A DNA stretch of 64,000 nucleotides from assembly GCA_951406725.2 (NCBI GenBank), contig OX597816.1, positions 83,638,001 through 83,702,000 of the forward strand, given 5' to 3'. Positions 27,286 through 40,047 of this stretch are shown one piece after another. Each line of letters opens with the position of its first letter. Position 1 is the first letter of the stretch. Both the position numbers and the translations under genes were made by a program. Source of the DNA: Octopus vulgaris. Its lineage: Eukaryota. The notes under the pieces were generated by a model. That model had not been told where the DNA came from. It saw only the letters and a list, made by a program, of their open reading frames with translations, and searched no databases.

Positions 27286-29199
27286 GCATGTGTGTGTGTA
27301 TGTATCTATGTATAGCCATGTATGTAATATAAGTATATACCATGTACACACACAAACGCACACACACGCACACATATACACACACATACACACAGACACA
27401 CATGCCTGAATCAAGCTGGAACCAGATTTAGCACAAGACAAATAGTCAGAGATAATTATCTCGGACTGATCATCTGTTGAGATGAGAATTTTAAGTAGGA
27501 GACCTAAGTGGTAAGGAAGAAGTCGATGTTGTTTTTGTTGTAGTGATAGTATTTACTGTAATCGCCACCGCTCTTCCCCTCTTCGAACACACTCCATCTG
27601 CTACCTTATACATTCCACCACATGTAGACCCTCTTTCACATACACCTGATTCCATTTTCAATCTTGGGAGATATTATTCCTTCTTTTGGTATTTTTGAGT
27701 TCTTTTTTTTTTGTGGTGGTAGCAGTGGAGGGAGGGAAGGTTCATTTTGTTTTCTTTCTGTCATTCTTCCGTTGGTATTTCATTAATTTCATTCATTTCG
27801 TTATCGACTTATTCTTTCTTCTTTCATTTCATCCATATATATATGTTTGTGTATACATACATGCACACATATGTGTGAGTGTTTGCGTGTGTGTTAAAAA
27901 CGTATAGTATATGCACAAACGAAAAACACACACAGAATGACAAGTTAAAAAACATATAGTGAATGCACAGACGAACGGAAAGCAAACACAGAATGCAGAG
28001 TCAGACGAAATTTCATGCCTTTAACGATGATATTGATCCCTCCTGGTGACACACACACACAAACGTGTATGTATTTTGCAAGACTGCTGAGAGAAGGTCG
28101 AAAATGCGTCAAATTTTATACACACACACACACATTTTATTTAATTAAAATAAGTTTAGCATTTTTACATAAAGAGAAAATAGGTATAGTATATTCTATG
28201 CATTTATATGTATAAAAAATATAACAAAAAAATGTTTTCGCAGAATGAATAAAATTGGTGTAGCTAAATTTGGCATATATAACGCTAGGGAGAAAATGGA
28301 AAACACCAGATCACATGTTACTTCGAGTATTTTTTTGCATAGAAAAAATTTAATGCATCTATTTTTGTGCGTGTTGCACCTTAAAGAGGTTTGTAATAGG
28401 TAAAAAAATATATATGCAATAGACCAGGATGCGGTTTACTCTGATATTCAGCTTTTTTAAAGTATTGGGCAATTTTTTCCATAAGTAAGAACGATGTGAG
28501 TTAAATCAATAAGTAAACAAAAACTAATGGGTAACATGTGTTTCAGTAGCGTGGCTTATTCTTGATACGAGTCTATTACATAACAATATGTCTATTACAT
28601 AACAATATGTAAATATGTATTGTTACATAACCATTCCATTTCTTCAGGTGATATTTTGTCAAATATAGATGTATTTATGCATGTCATTATTCAGTTTTAT
28701 TTCAAGATTTCTTGCCAACAGAGAAAGAGCTGGTTTCTAACCTATATCCAAGGCTCCGTCATTAGAATTTCAACATCAACAACAGGGTACTTTTTGTATG
28801 TATGTATACATGCAGATTTGTATGCTTTGTTTTATATAAGCCTCTCATGCGTATACTTTCTTATCTAAACATGATCGTATGTACCTATGTCTATTGTAAG
28901 GTACACATAGCTCAATTTGAAATATGGTATAAATATTGCAGCAGATATTTCAGTTATCACAGATCTATGAGCTTCTTATGTTTCTGTATCGTCATTAGCA
29001 AGTAAAAGAAGGTTATTTTCAGTACAATCGAAATATATCCTAGTCATAAATGTCGATGACTGGGATATATTAAACCGAAAGATTCGGGTTAAATTAATAT
29101 TTATCTTAATATCTAAATGTATATTTACGAACGTAAATTTCGTGTTTATCTTACATATATCCGTTATATGTTCCTATATATACAATATATACATTATAT

Positions 29200-29390
29200 T
29201 GGACAAAATGCTTAGCGGCATTTTTCGACTCCTCACGTTTTAATTTCAAATGCCTCCGCGGCGGACTTTGTCTTGCAACGTTTAGAGATCGATAAAAGAA
29301 GTTACATTTGAGTACAGTGGTCGATGTAAACGATTTTCCCCTTCCCTCAAAATGGCTGGCATTGTGCCAAAAATGAGAAAGAATTATTAT
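29200..29390 (+). mobile_element. SINE family B, degenerate (first of a tandem pair)
   Basis: GGACAAAATGCTTAGCGGC...GATCGATAAAAG...GTCGATGTAA. The second copy runs 29425-30030 and is split by a family A SINE. Confidence 0.7.
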
Positions 29391-29459
29391 TGTGGTGCAG
29401 CATCGTGTTTATCTTTACTTTATATTGGACAAAATGCTCAGCGGATTCTCCCGACTCTT

Positions 29460-29632
29460 TTACTTATTTCAGTCATTTGAATGTGGCCATGCTGGAGCAC
29501 CGCCTTTAGTCGAGCAAATCGACCCCAGGACTTATTCTTTGTAAACCTAGTACTTATCGGTCGCTTTTGCCGAACCGCTAAGCATCGGTTGTCAAGCAAT
29601 GTTGGTGGGACAAACACAGACACACAAACATA

Positions 29633-29690
<58 letters not shown>

Positions 29691-29857
29691 CATATATACT
29701 ACGGGCTTCTTTCAGTTTGCGTCTACCAAATCCATTCACAAGGTTTTGGTCGACCCGAGGCTATAGTAGAAGACACTTGCCCAAGGTGCCACGCAGTGGG
29801 ACTGAACCCGGAACCATGTGGTTCGTAAACAAGCTACTTACCACACAGCCACACCTA
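29460..29857 (-). mobile_element. SINE family A, full length, nested in a family B copy
   Basis: Complete head, internal microsatellite and tail. Flanked by CGACTCTT at 29452-29459 and 29858-29865. Confidence 0.9.
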
Positions 29858-30724
29858 CGACTCTTCATGTTCTGAGTTCAAATGCCGCTTGCGGTCGACT
29901 TTGCCGTATATCCTTTTACGATCGATAAAATAAGTTTCAGTTGAACACGGGGGTGGGGGCGATGTAAACGACTTTCCCCTCCCTTCAAGATGGCTGGCCT
30001 TGTACCAAAAATGAAAAAGAATTTTATTATGGTTCGGCATCGTTCGTCGAACACTCCGCGTTGTTGTAACAGAAAGGTATACCAAGTCATATATTGAGAA
30101 ATATCTGTATACGCACAAGCTCACCACATACGCTTGAACAAGCACGCACAATCATCTCGCCTTAACTGCAACAAATCACGAAACAGTTGTCAAACTTGAA
30201 CCCAGTCAAATACTTATTTTATGACCTTCAATTCTAGGGAGTGAAAAGAATGGTAATTACTGACACGAACTAAGCGTTGTTGTCCATTTCTAAATTCATT
30301 TCTTCCTTCATTAATTTACTAACTCTAACTATTCTTTAATGTTAGTTACTTGCGTGTCCGGAAGAGCAGCTAATATTTTCCCTTTAATTAGTACTGAAAA
30401 GCCATTAAATCCATTTCCTATACTAACCTAGCATACTGTTAGAGAATACAAACGGCTCAACATTATATCGGTTAACATATTTTCCAGGCGTTGATTTAAG
30501 CGAGACATACCTACATGAAAATCCTCACTCTAATTACACACGTGCGTCCCTCACATGGATGCATACATACATACATACTTGCGTACACACATATACACAC
30601 ACACACATATACAAGCACATGAATGTATAAAACACCTATGGAATGTCAGTAGACATGACTGTGATGCGGCAAAATTGATACAGGAAATCTCTTATAATTA
30701 AATACATTTTATGCCAGCCAGCGC

Positions 30725-30740
30725 AGTAGTAGTAGTAGTG

Positions 30741-30797
<57 letters not shown>

Positions 30798-30828
30798 ATA
30801 GTAGTAGTAGTAGTAGTAGTAGTAGTAG
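30725..30828. repeat. (TAG)n microsatellite
   Basis: Near-pure AGT tract. Confidence 0.95.
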
Positions 30829-31104
30829 AGGTGGCTGGCGGTGGTTTCGCTGTTAGTTGTAACTAAAGTTAGGAGGTTGAGTTAAGTTTCGTATACTGTC
30901 TGTCTCTCATGTTGATGTCTAGGCCTGATTAGAATGTAACTCCTGCTTCACCCACACCTAATGTCATACAAGTTATTAGCTTTCTTCCATTTCTTATCGT
31001 TCTTCTCTATTTGTTGTATTTGATATCTTTTATTTTTGAAGGGTACTGTTAGGCATCAGAATCGGCGCGTGTGGTGGATGGCAAATGTAATGATAATAAT
31101 TGGA

Positions 31105-31275
31105 AGAATTCTTTCTATTATAGGCATAAAGACCTGAAGTATTTGCCAAAGGAGCTAGTCGATTACATCGACCCCAGTGTTCGACTGGTACTTATTTTAT
31201 CGACCCCGAAAGGATGAAAGGCAAAATCGGCTTTGGCAGAATTTGAACTCAGAACATGAAGACAGACGAAATACC
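31105..31275 (-). mobile_element. SINE family B, partial
   Basis: GTCGATTACATCGACCCCAGTG...CGACCCCGAAAGGATGAAAGGC. Confidence 0.85.
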
Positions 31276-31401
31276 TCTAAACATATATAACAACAGCAAT
31301 AACAATGATAAATTTTGGCACAAGGCCTGAACATTTATGGGGAAGGGGTAAGTCGATTACATTGACCCTAGTGTTCAACTGATACTTATTTTATCGACCC
31401 T

Positions 31402-32151
31402 AGATCTAGTCTTTCTCATTCGCAAAATGAGCCTCCCTTAATTTTACTCAGATTGCTTTCAATTTTGGTGTATCGATGCAACTCTGAATTTTCATTACTA
31501 TCAACCAATTACTTTATCTCGTAAATTAAAGAATCTGATGTGATTTGGAATTAAAGTTGGGAAATTTGGGTAATTTTAGCCAATCAACAGACAGCAGGAC
31601 ATTAGCAGCTTGTAGCCATGATAACTGTTGTGGTTCACTGTTGTCTGTGCCGCTGTTGTCTATGTTGATTTCACCCGCGAGTTTAGTTTTAATTTTTCTG
31701 TGTTGTTAGTATATTACATATTTTTCTGTGCTTCTGTGTGTTAGTATTTTCCTGTGCTTTTTCTCTTTGTTAGTATTTTTACATATTTTTCATTTCATAT
31801 GTTTTTGAGACTCAAAGGCTCAGATAGCTGGATTTATGATTTCACTAGGTTAATTCTATTCATAAAAATTTAAATTAGGAGTATTTCTTAAACCGTTAGC
31901 TTCATATTTCAACAGCTTAACTAAAATTTAGCTCACGTAACAGGAACTGAGAAGGATATAGTGGGGCAGATAAATTGCGGGTGATACAGATAATTTGACA
32001 TTATTTTTTTAATTCTGCATGCAAAAGCATATAAGATACAGGTATTCTTTTCCTTGGGACAAATTCCTTGGGGGGAAATTCTTATCGTAGTTTACAAATC
32101 CAAGCATGAAAACTTTACTCAACTTTGGGGTTTTGGACACAGACGTTCCTT

Positions 32152-32211
<60 letters not shown>

Positions 32212-32611
32212 GCGCACTTATATATTAATGATGTACATAAATATATAGCAAGTATACATAATACTGAAGTACGCATAAAGTAAACGCATACAGACGAATA
32301 TATTAATAGTACAAATTAAAAAAAAATAATTAAAACATGCAATCACTGAAGAGACAAAAGAAACAGTAAGATGATACATGTTGATTTTATTAGGTATTTC
32401 TGTTTATTTAGAAAACTACAATAAGTTGACACCGCTCCGCTAAACGCAGAAAATTTCTGTCTCGATATTTGACTGAAAATACCTAATTTTTTCGATTTTT
32501 AAACCTCTGCAACTGGGAACTGGAAGGCTACATTATTATAGCCGATTTTCAGATTTTTTACTTCCTTTAAAAAAAATGCATATTTTGCGAATGAAAAAAA
32601 AAAACAGATCC
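31402..32611. mobile_element. Unclassified ~1.2-kb non-autonomous TIR DNA element inserted in a family B SINE
   Basis: Left end AGATCTAGTCTTTCTCATTCGCAAAAT and right end ATTTTGCGAATGAAAA...CAGATCC are imperfect inverted repeats. The SINE stops at TTATCGACCC (31400) and resumes at CGATCCCTAAAGGATGAA (about 32613). Confidence 0.65.
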
Positions 32612-32659
32612 CCGATCCCTAAAGGATGAAAAGCAAAGTTGACCTCGATGTCATTTGAA

Positions 32660-33421
32660 CTCAAACTTTATGGTAAAGATGAAACTCAAGTCAGCTCCCT
32701 CGTTGATACAGTGTATACCTTCAGTGCTGATATCAGAATGGAGTTTGGACTGAGAAAGTGTGGTGTGTTAGTCTTGAGAGAGACAAAATCAAAGAGATGG
32801 GCGAGCTAACGATACCGTGGGTGGGAGGTTATGAAGCAGATAGAACAGACGGGCTAGAAGTACTTGGGGATTTTGGAAATGCATAAATTAATAAGGAAAG
32901 AAATGACAGAAAAATTTTTAGGTGGAGTACTTGCGCAGACTGAGATTGATCCTTAAGTCGAAATTAAACGGATAGAAGAAGATTGAACTATCAGCGCCTG
33001 GGCGGTTTCACTCCTTAGAGTAATCGCATGGGTAATCGCATGGACAGTAGACGAATTAAACAGCTTAGACAGAAAGACAAGGAAGTTGCTAACTAGATAT
33101 GGGTCACTCTACCCAAAAAGTGACAAAGAAAAAGAGAGGGAAGAGGACTTATTGGATGTGAACACAATATTAGAGAAGAACACAACATAGCATGGTATAT
33201 AAAATATGCCACAGAACCGCTATTATTAGAAGTAAGAAGGTCAGGCTTGTGTAGGATGAAAAATTGCAAAGATAAAGCACCATACAAGCAATTGAAAACG
33301 ATTGAAACTGAGAATAGGTGGGTAAAGAAAAGAATGCATAGACAATTTCATAGGGATGTTGAAGATAAGACAGACAGAGAAAAAAAGATGGCTGTGGATG
33401 ACTAAAAGTGATTTAAAACCG
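32660..33421 (+). mobile_element. R4/Dong-clade LINE fragment (end of RT and thumb), degraded
   Basis: LKLYGKDETQVSSLVDTVYTFSADIRMEFGLRKC, *KYLGILE, EYLRRLRLILKSKLNG, LDRKTRKLLT and GRGLIGCE, with frameshifts. Confidence 0.85.
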
Positions 33422-33432
33422 TAAGCTCGACC

Positions 33433-33857
33433 CAGGGCCGGATTAAGACACATCGAGGCCCTAAGCACAATCAAGAAATTTTACTGCCCTCATAAAAGAT
33501 TATGTAATTCAAAATATAAACAATAACAAACCATAAAATATTTTTTTTCAAAACGAAACAAAACAGTAAGAGGGAAAATAATGTTTATTTTTGTATACTT
33601 CCACTTCATTTGTATTTGAAAAGTTTCCTCCAATCTTTTTGAATTGCAAAGTCTTTGATCAGATCCTCAAAATTAATCTTAGATAACACGTCTGCATCTA
33701 TACTTAGTAGAGATAAAGGAATCCCGAATATTATTTTAGCAAGTTTAAAGTAATTTCTTTCGTGCCGTAAACCATTTACCATTTCTGTGATGTCCCCCTC
33801 CTTTCCTTGTTGCCCTAAGCACATGCTTATTTTATTTAATGGTTTAATCCAGCGCTG
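33433..33857 (-). mobile_element. hAT transposon internal-deletion derivative (425 bp)
   Basis: Perfect 8-bp TSD GCTCGACC (33425-33432 and 33858-33865). TIR CAGGGCCGGATTAA versus CAGCGCTGGATTAA (12/14). The minus strand encodes LSLLSIDADVLSKINFEDLIKDFAIQKDWRK, typical of a hAT transposase C-terminus. Confidence 0.9.
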
Positions 33858-34974
33858 GCTCGACCCCATTAGCTTTTAAGATTGCCATCCACCGTCGACC
33901 CAGTAGCGAATAAATCATCATAGTTATCCTTATCGTTAGAATCATTATCTTTATCGTCGTCAGTATCTATATTATTATCATCACCAAGATCATTATAGTC
34001 ATATTTGTAACGATCATTATAACCACCACATTTCTGCTTATCATTCTAACCACGATGGTATTCATCATCGTGATCATCGCTATTAACAGCGCCATCGTCG
34101 ACGTCGTAGTCGTCATCATCATCATTGCCCTCTTCATCATAATATATTCATAATCCTCATCGTCACCATTATCATCATCATTACAACGATAGCCAGCAGC
34201 AGCAGCAGCAGCAGCGACAGCAGTAACATTAACTACTATTACTATATTACATGATATCCTGCTGCCTGTAGACGTCATTAGTGTGAAATGAAGCCGAAAT
34301 AATAAGTGTTTCACAAGTAAAATGATATTTAAGAAATAACGATTACAGAGAAGAGTCAGAGGAAGTTATAATGGAGTGAAATACATTTGATTGATGTATG
34401 TCTCCTACATAAATTTATAAACCCATCTCTCTCTCTCTCTATCTATCTACCTATATATATATATATATGCAAATACATATATCTACGTATGTATGTATGT
34501 ATATATGTATGTACGTATCTATCAATGTATGTATGTATCTATCTATCTATTTATATCTATATATATAAACATGTATATATGTACATATATACATGTATAT
34601 ATACATATATACATGTATATATGTATATATATATATATATATATGCAATCAGACACACAATCAGAGGTCCAGCATGGGCTTAGCCATAATGCCAGCAAAA
34701 AATATTGAAAATTACTAATGAGTAATTTTGTCAAGATGTCGGCCTATTTATCATGTCTTTCCGGGTCCGACTACACTGCACTGTACCTTATGGACAGTTA
34801 TATCTTTAATACAACGTCTAAAAAATATTGTTCTCAGTATATACATACACTACACATGTGTGCGCATGTGTGCTTGTGAATGTGTTGTGTGTGTGTGTGT
34901 GTGTGTGCGAAAAAGAGAGTGTGTGTATGTATGTATGTATGTATGTATATATGTATGTATGTATGTATACGCGA

Positions 34975-35160
34975 GAGCGTATGGTCTAATGGTTAGGGTG
35001 TTACACTTAAGATCATAGTTTCGATTCTCGTTCAGACGATGCACTATATTCTTGAGCAAAGCACTTCAGTTTTTGTTGCTCCGCGATCACTGCGACATCA
35101 GACACGTGGTGCACCGTGCACTTTTAAAACAATGCCGGTTTGATGGAAGGATGCAACTTC
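34975..35160 (+). mobile_element. Old tRNA-derived CORE-like SINE
   Basis: A-box TGGTCTAATGG, B-box-like GTTTCGATTC, then TCTTGAGCAAAGCACTT. Confidence 0.55.
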
Positions 35161-35352
35161 AAAAGTATAAATGAAGTCAACTACATCCTGTGCTGAGAAT
35201 ATTTTTTTCCAATTGAAACAATCACTCAAATACATGCACTCAAATACATGCACTCAAAAAACATGCACTCAAATATGTACACAGACATACGTTTATAAAT
35301 ACGTGCATACATATGCACACACACGCGTACATAGCCACGCATATATATATGC

Positions 35353-37055
35353 ATGACTTACAGTTTCAATATCATTAACTGGTCAATTACTGAAATATGT
35401 AATTTTGACAGAAAAATACGAAAATTGCTGACAATGCATAGAATGCACCACCCTAAGGTAGATATAGAACGACTGTACCTGCCAAGGAAAGAGGGTGGCC
35501 GTGGACTTTTACCCCTGGAATTAACAATGAAGATTGCCACGATTGGCCTAAGCACCTATCTGAAAAACTTTGATAACTGGATGTTAAAACTTGTCTTAAA
35601 GCATGTAAACAAGAAAACATCATACTCAGTAACAAAACAGGCAAAGGAATATCTAAGTGTATTCCAAGGACAATAAATCCCAGAATCAGAAGTACTGGAA
35701 ACAAGCACGGAAAAAGCTAAGCATATGAAAACCCGTGATAAAACTGCTGCCTTAGATATTCTTACTGATAAAGATCAGAAAAAACCTCTCAATGGCAAAT
35801 AGCTAATAATGCCGATGTTGACAAAGCCCTTACCCTTCAATGGTTAGTATCTTCTGGCTTAAAATCAGAAACAAAAGGATTTATCATAGCAGATTTGCTA
35901 GTCAGTCGCTTGACCTGAACCAAATGAACATGTCCATTGGTGGCTGATGATATGTGCGTCACGAACAGAAGCAGTGGGGGAGCATCACAGTCATGTATTG
36001 CGCTGAGTTATTTAGAGTTTGGATAATTCAGCTCTAGAAACGTGGGTATTTCGTTAAGCATCCTTAAACAACCCATATTTAGGGACCTTTTGAGCAGGAT
36101 GGGCTACTCAACCTGAAGAAACTTCTAACTGGGCCCCACTTGCAAAGTCATGCGCTGCTAATCTTAATATGAGATCACTGTGTCGCGCACAAAGACCTTA
36201 CCCATCAATGGTTAGTGTCTTCTGACTTAAAATCAGAAACAGAAGGGTTTATCATAGCAGCCCATGAAAAATGCTTACCTACAAGAAGCTAACAGAGCAA
36301 CATATTAAAGAACGCAGTAGCCCAACATTTCGTGTATGTAAACAACAAAATGAAACCATTGATCATGTTGTCCCCATGTGCAGTCTTCTTGCGTCAACGG
36401 AGTATCTCAATAGGCATGATAGAGCAGCACAGTATATTCACTGGGTAATTTGCAAAAACCTGGACCTGTTCCATGATAAAACCTGGTGGGCACACAAACC
36501 ATCCCAGTGCTTGAAAATGATCACGTCTCACTCCTCTGGAACTTTACGGTTGAAACTGACAGAACGGTAGATGCGAATAGGCCAGGCATTATATTGAAAA
36601 ACTTCAGACAAAAATCATATCTCCTCATTGATATGACTGTCCCAATCGACATAAATGTATTTGTCAAGACATACCAAAAACTGTGCAAGTATAAAGATCT
36701 TGAAATAGAAATTAGCAAAATGTGGAACCTCATGACAAAAATAATGCCTGTTGTCATAGGTGCCCTAGGAATGATAGCAAAAGGAGCTGATTACTACCTA
36801 ACTCAGATACCAGGAAACCCCAAATGGCAGAAATTCAAAAGTTAGTGCTTATGGGAACTGCCCATATCCTACGTAAAATACTGTCTATGTAATCTCAAAA
36901 TTTTAAAACAAACACATGATTTTCTTTTCTTAAACATTCTCTACTATGTGCGAAACCAAATATATAGTACCCTAGGTATAACACCAACTTGAACTTCTAA
37001 CTTGTTGTCGCTTGAGGTCTCTGGGTGAGACTTGGAGTCATCTTGTACAAGTCCA
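35353..37055 (+). mobile_element. R4/Dong-clade LINE, 5'-truncated 3' part (thumb, zinc knuckle, restriction-like endonuclease), pseudogenised
   Basis: DRKIRKLLTMHRMHHPKVDIERLYLPRKEGGRGL, KSETEGFIIAA, zinc knuckle FRVCKQQNETIDHVVPMC plus RHD, and RLE NRPGII..LIDMTVP..KLCKYKDL. Ends LMGTAHILRKILSM* at 36892. Frameshifted and interrupted at 35893-36188. Confidence 0.92.
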
Positions 37056-37459
37056 AAATCCCGTCGGGGTCCACTTTGTCTTTCATCTATTCAGAGTCGG
37101 TTGTTTAAGTATCAGTTGAGAATTGGAGTGATGGAAGTGGAATTACAATAGAAGAAAAAGGTTACTTTACGGAAAACATGTGAGTTTGTACCTCAGCAAC
37201 TTTACGATATTTTGCTCGGCTTCTTTACGCTCTGAGTTCAGTTATCGCCGGTCGACATTGGCGTTCATTCTTCCAAGTTCAACGATGAAAATATGATTGA
37301 TATAATCGACTGAACACAAATAATTCATATTGATCCTATGTTCCCTTCTTTCCATTTGAGATATTTTCTTTTAAGGGAGTCCACTATCAGTAAGAAAGTG
37401 CACCCGTGAAATTATGAGGGATAAGATATACGTGTGTTGTGTTGAAAGTAATGTGGAGC

Positions 37460-37637
37460 GTCTTACGTATAGATCATATTTTTATGATGGTAATGTCAGG
37501 CAACTGGCGTATCAAGTAAGTCTCTCACGTATAGGTTATATTTTTATGGTGGTAATATCAGACAACCGGTGTATCGAGTGTCTTACGTATAGGTCATATT
37601 TTTATGATGGTAATATCAGACAACCGGCATATCAGTT
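37460..37637. repeat. Minisatellite, 3 x ~60 bp
   Basis: Unit GTCTTACGTATAGGTCATATTTTTATGATGGTAATATCAGACAACCGG..TATC starts at about 37460, 37520 and 37580. Confidence 0.9.
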
Positions 37638-38295
37638 AGCTTGTAAAACCACCCCTCGTTTTGGCGACGATTTGCTTTTGTTGTACCATCCTTGTTGGTT
37701 GAGATGAACATTCGATTACATTGATCTTAGCACTAATACTTTCTATTATCGAACCTACTCTGAGCTCAGGGAAAGATGAAAGCAAAGTCGACTTGAACGG
37801 GATTTGATTTCAAAACGAAAAAATAAACGGAACAAATAGCACGAGGTATATCGCCCGACGTTCTAACAATTCTGCCAATCCATTGCCTTCCTGAGTTTAT
37901 GTTTAAAAAATCAATATTAGATTTCCGTCTCACCGTTGTATTTCCATTAGCTTCTATCTACGAACGTTCATCCTGAATAAATATCATTCTTCTATTTATT
38001 CCTCGACAACATGGTAGCCACATGTAATTGATTCATGGAAATTACATTCATGTTAGACTAAATTGAAGTGGAAGAAACTATAGGAAGCTGGTTCGAACGT
38101 CTTATAATATTTACTTACATACCCCTATGTATTTAAGTTTAAATCTTATAGAATCCGGTTATGTGTCGTAGCTTTTTAGCCCCACTCAGGGTGCAATTTA
38201 GTTGATTACGAGTTAAAAGGATTTCTTGTGTAGCTCTCATTTTACCCTTATTAATTTTTTTCAGGAATAGTGTGCCTACACACACACGTATGTAT

Positions 38296-38355
<60 letters not shown>

Positions 38356-38359
38356 TATA

Positions 38360-38500
38360 TGGCTGTGGTTGTGTGGTAAGTAGCTTACCAACCACAAGTT
38401 TCCGGGTTCAATTCCACTCCGTGGCACCTTGGGCAAGTGTCTTCAACTGTAGCCTTGGGCCGACCAAAGTGGATTTGGTAGACGGAAACTGAAAGAAGCT
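38360..38500 (+). mobile_element. SINE family A, 5' half
   Basis: GTTGTGTGGTAAGTAGCTT...GGTTCAATTCC...CCTTGGGCAAGTGTCTTC. Confidence 0.85.
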
Positions 38501-38774
38501 TGTCATATATATATATTACATTTAAATGGTGGTGCCCCAGCATGGCCGCAGCATTCGGGCTGAAACATTTTAAAGGATTTTAAGGATCTATATGTATGTA
38601 TATGTGTGTGTGTATGCGTATAGATATGTATGTATGTATGCATGTATGTATGTATGTATGTATGTATGTATGTATGTATGTATGTATGTATGTATGTATG
38701 TATGTAGAACTGCATTATCTCGTATTTCCATAGCAGCAAGCTAGCAGAATCGTTTCTATTATATATCCTTTAGT

Positions 38775-39006
38775 CTTTTACTCTTTTACTTGTTTCAGTA
38801 ATTTGATTGTGGCCATGCTGGAGCACCGCCTTTAGTTGAGCAAATCGACCCCAGGACTTATTCTTTGTAAGCCTAGTACTTATTCTATCGATCTCTTTTG
38901 CCGAACCGGTGAGGTACAGGGACGTAAACACACCAGCATCGGTTGTCAAGCGATGTTGGGGGGGACAAATACAGACACGCAAACATATACACACACATAT
39001 ATACAT

Positions 39007-39056
<50 letters not shown>

Positions 39057-39207
39057 GACGGGCTTCTTTCAGCTTCCGTCTACCAAACCTACTCACAAGG
39101 CCCGAGGCAACCAAAGAAGACACTTGCCTAAGGTGCCACGTAGTAGGACTGAACCCGGAATCATGTAGTTCGTAAGCAAGCTACTTACCACACAGCCACT
39201 CCTACGC
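38775..39207 (-). mobile_element. SINE family A, full length
   Basis: Complete reverse-complement copy with an internal (AC)/(AT) tract and a CTCTTTTA tail. Confidence 0.9.
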
Positions 39208-39346
39208 ATTTGTTACATCTTGTGGCAGTGTCCCACCGTGGTCAATGTAAACCCCACCTGTTTTTGCTTTTGTGTGTTGTAACTCATCCTTTGAAATTGT
39301 ACTCAATGTTTTGGGCCTTTGTGGCTAATAAGAAAAATCATTAAAT

Positions 39347-39570
39347 AAGGCAGTGAGCTGGCAGAATCATTTGCACGCAAGGCAAAAGGCTTAGCGCCAT
39401 TTTGTACGTCTTTACGTTCTGAGTTTATATTCCGCCGAGTTCACTTTGCCTTTCATCTTTTCGGGGTCAATAAAATAAGTACCAGTGAAAAACATTAAGG
39501 TCAGTGTTATCGACTAGTCCCCCAAAACCAAATTTCATGCTTTGTGTCTTTAGTAGAAAAGATTATTAGA
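39347..39570 (+). mobile_element. SINE family B, full length
   Basis: AAGGCAGTGAGCTGGCAGAATC...TTTGCCTTTCATCTTTTCGGGGTCAATAAAATAAGTACCAG. Confidence 0.85.
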
Positions 39571-39998
39571 GTGATAGAAACACGTAGATTGATTTAAATG
39601 TCGTACTTACAATATTAGTTTCAATATTGAAAGACCTGACTTCAAATGTGACCAGAATCGATTTAGCCTGCTATTTAACCCTCTGCGAGATATCAATAAA
39701 AGTAGTAGCGAGCAAATTTTATAGATCCTTAAGTACGTGATTGTGTGTGCATGTGTGTATGTGTGCGCGTGTGCATGTGAGTGTGTGAAATTTCATAAGA
39801 TTTGTGTATATCTTCGGTTTTATATCAGATCTTCAGACATATACGACTGTACAATAAAATGCATAATACACATAGGCATACAGATTAACATACATATCTA
39901 AATGCTGTAGTATATATTTCTCAAAGTAACACTTTCAACTCGTATATGTTTGTTACTTCTAGACTTCTTCCAATCCCATCTATCTATATTCATATTAA

Positions 39999-40047
<49 letters not shown>

